DNA of 64,000 nucleotides from Balanoglossus misakiensis (Eukaryota; Animalia; Hemichordata): the NCBI GenBank assembly GCA_040954595.2, contig CM082589.2, positions 524,988-588,987 of the forward strand, given 5' to 3'. The first letter of the stretch is position 1, and each line of letters opens with the position of its first letter. Below the pieces are notes generated by a model. The model did no database searches, was not told the origin of the DNA, and worked only from the letters and a program-made list of their open reading frames with translations. Below are positions 55,401-64,000 of the stretch, one piece after another. Both the position numbers and the translations under genes were made by a program.

Positions 55401-56189
55401 GCTTGGCATTCCCTTCGCCGCATAATGACCTGAACGAGGAGAAAAAACATAAAGTTTGCTATGGTGGAATTGGATTGATGCTCTTTGGCACACTGAACGC
55501 TCGCATATTGGTTAGATCAGGTCACGTGGTAGGTGAATACTGTACATGTACTTACATTGCTCGTTGCTGACTGGTGGGTTCTCCTGCCTGATAACTGCAA
55601 CAACGATGAAAACAGCAAGTGGCCATATCAACTGAATACCTGTCAAAACCTTGTGAAGAAACAAAACAACAGTTTCAATATAAAAAGTAATATCTGAAGT
55701 CAGTTCGCAGCTAGAAAACCACAGGAATATTTGAAGACATGCCAGTAACAGGGGTCTGTCTGATTTATTATTTATGTTATTTATGTTCATACTTTCTGCA
55801 ACACGACAAAAACAGCTGTTCCGAAATTAATCAAGGCTATAACCTTAAGACGAGAAGATGTCTTAAGAAGACGTTTTAAAAGTTTAAAGAAAGCAGCTGC
55901 TGTATACAGTTAATGACATTAACACGTAGTATAATCTCGAGGTATTTATATGCAAGTTGAATCATTGTCTAGATCTTATAGTTGCACTGTTCTATTTCGA
56001 CCTACTTTTGAAGAATACACTGTCGACTCTCTCTCCTCTCCTCCCCTCTCCCTCTTCCCTCTCTCTAGTTGACAACAGGTAACGAAAACTCATTAACTAC
56101 TTAATTAAAATTAATCTACTTACAGGCGCTCGAAGTCGTAGCTTTAAATTTTTCCACAGCAACAAGGACAAATGCTGGAAGACACCCAT
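8569..56189 (-). CDS. ABCA12/13-like: Giant multi-exon ABCA-subfamily full transporter (ABCA12/ABCA13-like) with a massively expanded extracellular domain 1; span of a spliced CDS of roughly 130 exons
   Basis: N-terminus [22 protein letters not shown] then TM1 and [23 protein letters not shown]. Two NBDs ([25 protein letters not shown] and [28 protein letters not shown]). ECD2 motif [24 protein letters not shown], closest from memory to ABCA12 WYDPEGYH. C-terminal QTTLDQ-IFLSFA. Junctions I checked are GT-AG and in phase. Orthology needs a phylogeny. Confidence 0.95.
9614..9706 (-). CDS. Putative alternative ABCA terminal coding exon (proximal)
   Basis: TTTTCCAG acceptor, phase 0, [33 protein letters not shown]; the start resembles VFVNFAK. 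Confidence 0.6.
   Translation of the reverse strand, partial: VYVTMGKRPDTHSGVENEAFEDAAVQVDMD
10071..11858 (-). CDS. ABCA NBD2 and regulatory domain 2 exons
   Basis: [12 protein letters not shown]; [21 protein letters not shown] (~11327-11433); GYCPQEDAL; [12 protein letters not shown]; DEPTTGMDP; [20 protein letters not shown]; [12 protein letters not shown]. Confidence 0.96.
12036..15990 (-). CDS. ABCA regulatory domain 1, TM7, ECD2 and TMD2 exons
   Basis: [22 protein letters not shown]; [16 protein letters not shown]; CTCS..CPDGAAG; WYDNEGFH; NHPLHL; [10 protein letters not shown]; [10 protein letters not shown]. Confidence 0.92.
14427..14608. mobile_element. Non-autonomous DNA transposon (MITE), Kolobok-like
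   Basis: Perfect 16-bp TIR AGGTATACGGTCACCT (14431-14446 and 14589-14604) flanked on both sides by TTAA. Confidence 0.8.
16109..17627 (-). CDS. ABCA NBD1 exons
   Basis: Walker [11 protein letters not shown]-loop [10 protein letters not shown], signature [10 protein letters not shown], Walker [14 protein letters not shown]-loop THHMDEAD. Confidence 0.96.
17990..19460 (-). CDS. ABCA TMD1 (TM2-TM6) exons
   Basis: [24 protein letters not shown], hydrophobic helices, [45 protein letters not shown]. Confidence 0.92.
19656..21687 (-). CDS. ABCA ECD1 membrane-proximal conserved region
   Basis: [72 protein letters not shown]. Confidence 0.92.
21218..21301. mobile_element. Second copy of the same short dispersed repeat
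   Basis: TTAGGAAAGTCCCTCGACTGGCTGTTATAGACAGGTTTGATTGTA. Confidence 0.55.
28670..28751. mobile_element. Short dispersed repeat, pogo/Tc1-like MITE remnant
   Basis: TTAGGAAAGTCCCT..TATAGACAGGTTTGACTGTA is shared with 21218-21301; the terminus TACAGTCAAAC also occurs at 19963. Confidence 0.55.
32309..44406 (-). repeat. High-similarity core of the array: nine A-B-C-D exon cycles with a period of about 1.15-1.45 kb
   Basis: A-type exons at ~43783, 42619, 41288, 40023, 38615, 37264, 36115, 34691 and 33408, each followed by B, C and D exons of near-constant size (~128, ~189, ~215, ~143 nt). Confidence 0.92.
44078..44230. repeat. (TACA)n microsatellite, intronic
   Basis: About 38 TACA units. Confidence 0.97.
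47005..47136. repeat. (TACA)n/(CA)n microsatellite, intronic
   Basis: Visible directly in the sequence. Confidence 0.97.
47893..47932. repeat. (CAT)n microsatellite next to a splice acceptor
   Basis: Visible directly in the sequence. Confidence 0.9.
50769..51511 (-). CDS. C-type lectin-like domain (2 exons) embedded in the ABCA ectodomain
   Basis: Exon 51340-51511 [41 protein letters not shown]; exon 50769-50983 [38 protein letters not shown]. Both outer introns are phase 1. Confidence 0.9.
51141..51296. mobile_element. MITE-like foldback element in the C-type lectin intron
   Basis: About 45-bp imperfect inverted repeats AATAGAATTTCACATACCAAGG... and ...CCTTGGGAGTGTGAGATTCTATT. Confidence 0.6.
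52195..52454. repeat. (GAT)n microsatellite, intronic
   Basis: About 260 bp of imperfect GAT repeats. Confidence 0.97.
55294..55649 (-). CDS. ABCA coding exons 2-3: TM1 and start of ECD1
   Basis: Exon 55556-55649 (94 nt) [31 protein letters not shown]; exon 55294-55429 (C)[27 protein letters not shown], a typical ABCA ECD1 start. Confidence 0.92.
56124..56189 (-). CDS. ABCA first coding exon (start codon, LLLWKN motif)
   Basis: ATG at 56189; 66 nt encoding [22 protein letters not shown] followed by GTAAGT. Not in the ORF track. Confidence 0.93.
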
Positions 56190-56491
56190 GTCTGAAAAAT
56201 GACCGGCTTCACTCAGTCAATGATCAAACTTACACGTCTTCTCAAACCGTTTGCTGAAAAGTAAAAGAAAAACTCCGTCACAACTTTTCCATGCCTTCAT
56301 TCACTGACTGGAATTCCACAGTGTTCTTTACTTAGTGTCAAGACACTTTCTGTTGAAGTTTTCTCTCCCCTCTCTCTCTGTGAAACCGCCCTCTTGTGAT
56401 TCAGAATCTCGTGCTAAGAGTCCCATGAGCGAGGTCAGTCCTAAAGATCCAGATCAGCGAGACCCACAAAAGACGCATGCGTATACGCTGC

Positions 56492-57076
56492 GTGTTTTCT
56501 GGTCACCCAAGTATTCTCGCTCGCTCCCGCAATTATGCGAGTAGATTCCAGTGCAAGTTTAGTGACTCTGAGAATAAACATGACCAGTATCTTGGAATCC
56601 TTAGTCGTGTCCTTTATTCTATCGACCCACTTTCGTTTTTCACGGAGTTTTGATAAGACTCGAACTAGCGTATTCGAAACGTCGAGAAATGTATGATTTT
56701 AAATTCTCTTTTTGGTTAGGGTTTTTAAATGGAGTGGCGGGACTAAAATGTGTTCAAATAAGCTAGCAATTGTGGTAATAGTGTTTTCTGGTCACCCAAG
56801 TATTCTCGCTCGCTCCCGCAATTATGCGAGTAGATTCCAGTGCAAGTTTAGTGACTCTGAGAATAAACATGACCAGTATCTTGGAATCCTTAGTCGTGTC
56901 CTTTATTCTATCGACCCACTTTCGTTTTTCACGGAGTTTTGATAAGACTCGAACTAGCGTATTCGAAACGTCGAGAAATGTATGATTTTAAATTCTCTTT
57001 TTGGTTAGGGTTTTTAAACGGAGTGGCGGGACTAAAATGTGTTCAAATAAGCTAGCAATTGTGGTAATAGTGTTTT
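56492..57076. repeat. Tandem duplication, 2 x 289 bp, near-identical
   Basis: Copies start at 56492 and 56781; one mismatch seen (aaatggag vs aaacggag); GTGTTTT at all three junctions. Confidence 0.95.
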
Positions 57077-60000
57077 ATTGTACTTCAACGACAGATCTCA
57101 ATTTGCAACTAGCTCACAAAATACTCTCCGGTTATTAATCAATGTTCATAAAACTTTTCAGATACGTGGAAACTGTGGCCTACCAAAGCCGATCGCAGAC
57201 AACCCTAATTTTATCGATTTCAAGCACGTAACTTGACAAAGCAACATGTACATGCATTGTTTACTTGGTTGCTTGATTGATTGATTGATTGCTTGCATGA
57301 ACACTGTACTTGTAGGTACTGTCTGAGCAACACGTATCTGACGTCACAGATCTCTCCTTATGACGTAGGAATGCGATTCTTGAGAGAAAGGTGCGGCGAA
57401 CTTAAGAATAAATCAATGGGAGAAATTCCCTAACTTTTGACATCATTTTGGTTATTCTAATTTCTTTTGGTAGACTATCTTGACATTAGTATGGACACTT
57501 GGCACAGATAGGCCTAAAAGCAAGTGATTTCTATCAGAAATGGCATCACACTAGGACAGGCTTGCAGATTTTGATACTGGTCTCACAAATTGGTCACAAA
57601 GAGACAAAATATTGCCTTATGTTTCAAATTCAGCATATGACCGAACCTTCGAATACTTTTGCTTGATTTATGGCACGGGTGATATTTTGTGACGGTGTAA
57701 ATATTTGAGAGAGAGGGGTGAGGTGCCCAATCTGAGTCATTGTCACAAGGTACGGTGGAAAGTTGACAAGTTTGTTGACTCGATCGGATACTCCGGATGG
57801 TCATTATGTTTTATACATGATTTAGTAGTTTGCACAAGAGAACGCGTGTGTTTTAGAGTAACATTTTGGGCGCCTGCATTATTTCAATCATTCTCAAAGT
57901 CAATTTGAGAGTGCCACTTGACTGTTTTTTTCTCTGACAACATTTTATGATCGATTGCCGAGTCAAAAGGAATTTTTCACGCAAATTGGCCATATACCTT
58001 TAATTTGTGGACGAAATACTAGCGTCACATTCGTCCCACGCAGTGGCATGGGATATGGTGAAAGGGTGACGAACTTTGTCGACACCAGGTATGAAATGAG
58101 GACAACTACCGTCTCTTTTTGATGTAGAGCTATTTTATAACAAAGCAGAGCTACTATTGGTTGCTATTTTTGGTTCACTAGTTTTGTCTACGTGCCGGTA
58201 GGAACTGTCACCAACCATCACTCAACAACTTGACGCGGTCAACAAATATCACTCATTCAGAACCACTAAGTACATTCATAGTCTAAATGTTAAATGTCCA
58301 AGCCTTTCCAAAAAAATTCTCGTGGTATGTTGAAATGAAACATGAAGACATGGCATCTACAAAGAACGATGACTCAGGTTTTCCACAACAAAAAAATCCA
58401 GCACACAAAGGCTTGGCCGAAACGCGAAAACACGCACAATTGTTCAAAGGCTTGTGAGGATAATAGGTCACGTGCGCAGTTATAGTACGACCAGGAATGT
58501 GGTTCGCAAAGTTTTTAACGAAAACCCAAAAATCACAACCTTGACATTTTGCTTTAGGTTGCCTAAAGTGCACACCTGTTTCGTCACGACAACTGACATG
58601 ATTGGTTTATGGCGCAGAGAGGAGTGAGGGTGACCGATAAGGGGTCATCTCTGTGGCCAATAGAGAAAGTGTGTTTTGGGAGATGGTCGTTGGATGACCA
58701 AGATAGATAAAGGTGAACGAACTTCCAGAGGCAAAAATTTTGTAAGTGAGAGAATTGTGACAACAAAGAAGCAGTCAAAAGAAGGGTCATTGTTATTCAG
58801 AATGGGATTGCACTTCGAATCCGCATTGACTGTTTTCAAAGGTGCGGTCTTTACAAAATCATGACTGATATGCAAGACTTCGCTTTTTCGGTATCATTTT
58901 GTCTTCTTTCATAGATTTATGATATTTATATTAATGGCGTAAAATAGAGCTCTCGAAAAAAAATCACTAGTGTAGAAGCATCTATCATATTTTTTTCTGA
59001 TATGAGAAAATGTATCAATAGTATAGTTTACACAGTTGTCAAAAGGCGTGGTCGACAACAAAGCCAGTTACTGATTAAACAATGCTGTTTCAAACCTTTT
59101 GCTGAATAGAATTGTTAATGAAGTTCATACGTCAAAGTTCGTGTCCGGAGGGTCACAGTGGCAACGCACTTTGGCTGAAAGGGCGCTGACATGTTCTTAG
59201 GCCATGCTTGGATTAATTCCAGAAACTTTTCAGCGTCTGAAGCTTTAACGGAATGACAGCAAGCATACGCCGGATTATGAAAAAAAAAAAACTAGGACAG
59301 AAATTAAATAAATAACATGACTATAAAATGACGGTATTAAAGCTTGGTTATAGTTCTTTTTTGGACGACCAGTCGTTATTACTGGGGTGTCTCAGACCCT
59401 CGTGATCACGTCATTCGAAAGCAGGCCAGTCTGGCCTGTTAAGTTGCGTAACTTGAAGATCAGACTTCTTTTCATTAAGATATTTCTCCCTTTCTCGTCT
59501 ACAGTGTGAGGTCGTGAAGCTTAGACTGGGTGTTTTCAGCAAAATCTTTCCACGTCGGATACAATTTATTGCAGTTATCGAAATAAAATTTGTTGGACTT
59601 TCCAGGAGTCGCATAAGTTGACGATTTCAAGACCGAGAAATCAAGTGATGACTGAAGTTTGTCCCGTGACAATCCATCCATTTCCCCGGTAGAAAACGAG
59701 TCAATATCAGGAATTTGCCTGAAGCCGATCCTGGTTGGGCGAAACGACGATCCCATGAGTCAACAGTGATTTGGGTTTTGAGTGTAACGATTAAATGCAT
59801 CTATGTGTCAGACGAAATGTGATTTTGCGTTTTACTGGTCGTGTCGGAATTTTTATTAAAACTTGTTTGGTTCATGCATGACCGTGGCCTTCACCCATGG
59901 AGTGCGTCACCCAAACTCGACACATAATCAAGTCACTCAAAGAAACAAAAATTTAGACGATAAGTCTGATCTGAAACAATCTAAGACACCGATTAAAATA

Positions 60001-62230
60001 ATTCCGGGTTTTATAGCGAGTTTCGGGCTTTCCTAATCAGGTTAAATGTCTGTGTTCAGTTTCACCTTTTAATATATGTGGCACTGACACTAATAATAGG
60101 CGATAGCGTGAAAGCCCTCTTTGCAAACTAAAAGTGCTGGGCCATTATTCCATTGGTGAAAACGCGTATTGTATTTTTAGCTGACGTTGTTCTGTATACA
60201 CAAACTTGTCTCGCTTGAAACGAGGGGAGCGGTAAGGGACCGTCTCAGAATGTCGTGTAGGTTCAATGACTAATCTTCCAATAGGTCAAACAATCTCACC
60301 AACTCCTCGCAAATGGTTTAGCTTATGTTCATTATATTAAGGAATTGATTTCGCTCGTTTAAGGATTTGTCCCTTGCTAAATGGCCGCTATACCTGTACT
60401 GTTGTCGGAACGCTATCACTGACAAAGGTGTCACCATCCATGGTGTTACCAACACAGTTAGAAATTTCTCCAAAATGACAGTTCGCGTTTTGTCGTCACG
60501 ACAGCACTATTTAATTTGCTGCGACAACAAATTCGGCAGCCATATATGTAAATACAGATAAAGCTACTGCCAAACGTATAATGTACTAGTATTGGTAATT
60601 ATATCTACGTCCATTAGCGTCAACATGGGGTCAGAACTTGCGGGTCAAAAGGTAGTGCGTGGGAAAGTCCCCGTCCTACGTGATAGTTTGTTTCGCGTTG
60701 TAAACTGCTGGGGTCCAGTAAATGCTGATACTCTCAGGGAAAGTCCCACTTTAACCGCAAACATCATCTAGGTCGCTTTAAAACACGGGAATAGTACAAC
60801 TACCTGTTGAATCGACTTGTCAGGACACCACCAGACCAGTTATGCTGGTCGTCGAAGCCATGTCCCACTTTTATATAAATATATTCACACCTACTTAGCA
60901 CCCCTTTAGAAGGGCAGCGTATACAGAAAAATTAAGCACAACTCAATGAATCTGCAAACTTAGGCTCAATTGTGATTATTTCAGGCAGTGAGACTGTGGT
61001 CTTTTGAGTGTTTCAACGTCGTTCTTGCTAAATCACCTTCGCAAACAGACATGTCCTATACTTCCAAGCTACCAGTAGTCAACTGCGTGCTCATAAAGCG
61101 TTGGAAAGTGCTTCCACTCTACGTAGGGGGTCTGGAATCGAGAGATTCTTACCTTTTTATGACATTATAAACGTGGAGTTCTTGCCAACAAAATGTGATC
61201 TCTTGCTAAATAATTCCAGATGTTGCTTCTCTGAATCCGTCGATGGCAGAACGCTGTTTATTAATGTTACGTCACCACGACTGTGTAAACATCAAAGCCT
61301 AGCTCACGGTTTCACCATGTCGATGGCTGGGCACTTTCTCTGGGTGATACCATCCTTCGTGGGGGGTATTTAATCTTTCAACAGAAAGGACCGAAAATCT
61401 GGAAAGTTTCAGTTTTGTGCGCTTTTCCACAGTCACGTATTAGGTAGTTTTGATGGATGTTACAAAAAACACCTGTTGGATTCGAGTTTTTTTTAATGTT
61501 TTGGGGTTATATATCACCAAGACCAGCGACTCTTCGCTGTTGAATACAAAATTACCCTCTATAGAGAGACCGTACTCACACTGTTTGTCATGTAAATACA
61601 AGTAGCCTTGCATGTGCGTTGGCGGGCTGAACACGCCTGTTGGTGATGTCCATTGGATGAAGGAGTCTGGTTCTGCAAACAGACAGTCGGAAAGGGAGAA
61701 AGTGCCGTTAGACAAATACGATGAAATAACTGTTGGGTTACGTTAGACAGAGGGGAGGATTGAATTCCGAAACTGATCGAAAGTGAAGGATCAACAAGAG
61801 TCCGAAAAAGAGTTGTCGAATGGCAAAGAGTTTTGAAAAATTAAAAACTGAGAACTTTACAAAACTTTCCCTAGAGAAGAGAAGAACAGAAATGTTATAA
61901 AATTCAGGTTGTGGAGAATGTGATGTGATATCAAACGCTTTGACTCGCGCGACGCTCACGTAAGCCTTTCTTATTTTTATATTTTAAAGACAAAAGACAG
62001 AATAAATCCATTCCCTCGTTAGATTGCCAGCATTTTAATAAAATGATGACTGGACGCAACTAAGGGCGTGAATATCATTTACATAATAATTGTTATCTGA
62101 TGCTCAGTTGACATACATGTAGTTGCGCATGCCTATTATACTAGGACAATTGGTACCAAGGAACGATGGTACGCGGTATGTCCACGAACGGAGTCGACCT
62201 TTTGTTCAGCCCATTGCATTCCGCCCTCTA

Positions 62231-62360
62231 CTGTCATTCATCAGAATAAAATGGTGAGGGTGGATGAAAAACGTGGGAGCCGAGGGCGTTAGTTGGCATA
62301 CAGTCACAACACTGAACACGTTTTATCTCACAAATTCCATTTTATTCTGATGAATGACAG
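62231..62360. mobile_element. MITE-like element or hairpin with 24-bp perfect inverted repeats
   Basis: CTGTCATTCATCAGAATAAAATGG (62231-62254) and its exact reverse complement (62337-62360); no clear TSD. Confidence 0.65.
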
Positions 62361-62464
62361 AAGTATGGAACATTGCAACTACGCATTTTCAACATATCAC
62401 ATACTTGGTAATTCTGTGCTTCAAAAACCATTTCTCCTGATTCAAGTTCGAAATTAATAATCGA

Positions 62465-62762
62465 GGTTCTTACGTTTTACAACCAACAAAGTCGAATTTT
62501 TTTAAGGCTCTAGCTTACAAAGTCTTAATTTTAGTCTATGCAATGATAATTTCTCATTAAAAATTAACAATTATCGCTCTATAGCGCTCTCATATCATCA
62601 AGATTCTTAGATAGGCAGTTTCATGCATATAGCCGTGGTTCTCACCGAAAAATCGTGGTTCTTACGTTTTACACCCTACAAAATCAAAACTACTCTAGGT
62701 TCTAGCTGACAAAGTCTTATTTTTAGTCGATGATAATTTCGTATTAAAATTAACAATTATCG
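62465..62762. repeat. Diverged ~110-bp direct repeat, two copies
   Basis: GGTTCTTACGTTTTACA...CAAAGTCTTA...ATTAACAATTATCG at 62465-62576 and 62657-62762. Confidence 0.8.
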
Positions 62763-64000
62763 TAATTTATCTCTCAGATGTTTTTTTGGATGGGTTTGCA
62801 TAACCACGACAGAAATACCACGTTTCCGCACAAGGAAGGACTATGACTTCAACATAGATTGTTTAAGAAATTAATATTTGAAAAATGTATTCTAACACGG
62901 ATGTTCTTGGGTATTCTGACGTGAAGGGGTTGGGGGAATCTTTATATGGTACGAATTTGGACACGCTTATACTGCAACCAGCGGGGGATTCCTGTCTATC
63001 CCAGATCTGAGTCAGCTCGGGTCACCAGGCCAATTTTGTCCGAAAAGCAGGAAGTTCGCAAAAAAAAAAAAAAACGGTGCGTTAGATTCTGTGAACAGTC
63101 ATATCCTACAGTTTAATGTTTCAGTAAGCTAGTAGATGGGCCAAAATATTATCAGAGTGTAAAAATTCCCTTTTCTTTTAGCATTGTCCGCAAAATTCGG
63201 AATATTGCAAAGTTGATGTTGAAACGCGTTTATGTTCTGTGCGCGTTTATGTTATGAGCGCCCTCGTGTGATTTACAACCACAGTGTTTATACATATATG
63301 ACGCCGGGAGGATCGGTCAATCACTTCTCCGGTTCATGATGAAACAGTTTACACTGTGAAGGCCTGATGTTTCGTTGCTGGCAGATCACGAGTGGTAAGT
63401 ACAGTACTTTTAACTCCATTCAACGTAAACGTTTTGATATACTTCAGTATACACATCTGAGATATTATGTCAGTTTCTCTCGAAGAACTGTTTGTCGATT
63501 TCAACCGGTGATTACAGCTCGATCGGACGCCGGTTTCCGGACATTAATTAATTAATGACTGATCGTTGTGGTCAGCTAGCTGCCCGCATTCGTTTCAGGT
63601 ACTACGTTCAATAACAAATGTTTATCATCACAGGTAGGTCGACAACACAATGTTTCGATTCGTCATCAACCTGTCGGTAGATCGGACGGAATACTCTTTT
63701 TGGTGTTCAAAACTGTTTCGTTTACCGGGTTCAGACGATTAACACCACTATCAGTAGCTCAATTTTAATATGTATTTTAAATCGATGAGAAGCGAGATAA
63801 TATTGCAGGTCATCGCTTTAAGTAATTTACATTCAATAATGGTGGAGGTTTATTTCTATTATAAACATATTCGTTCTGTTTAATTCAAATTGAGGTTTGG
63901 TACAAGAACTTGTCTCCAACATGCAAATAGGTCTAAGTGCATTTTTGCAGGTATGATCTTTCTCTCAGAGGTTAGGTGAAAGCTGCCCGCAGTATTTCAA

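Noticed and set aside
8569-56189. ABCA pseudogene, suggested by the fragmented ORF track
   Set aside because: Fragmentation is due to introns; the catalytic motifs are intact and the junctions I checked keep frame.
57100-64000. Short ORFs in the right-hand region
   Set aside because: No recognisable domains or consistent exon chain; treated as non-coding, although UTR exons cannot be excluded.

Overview
Eukaryotic (invertebrate animal-like, AT-rich) genomic DNA with short GT-AG introns; nearly all meaningful coding sequence is on the minus strand. About 47.6 kb (56189 down to 8569) is one giant, roughly 130-exon ABCA-subfamily lipid transporter gene (ABCA12/ABCA13-like) with intact TMD1-NBD1-TMD2-NBD2. 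Its first extracellular domain is hugely expanded by about 24 tandem copies of a ~225-aa module. The module is usually encoded by four exons, carries a C-x(~24)-C pair, and resembles the single lid/tunnel segment of vertebrate ABCA1/ABCA4. The ectodomain also has an exon-shuffled C-type lectin domain inside the array and a KRRKR furin-type site at its base. The gene appears to have two alternative terminal exons. The predicted protein is about 7,000-8,000 aa (hand estimate). The left end holds the 5' part of a signal peptide-EGF-CUB gene. The rest is introns and intergenic DNA with microsatellites, small MITE-like elements and a near-perfect 289-bp tandem duplication. Exon coordinates were read by eye and may be off by a few bases.
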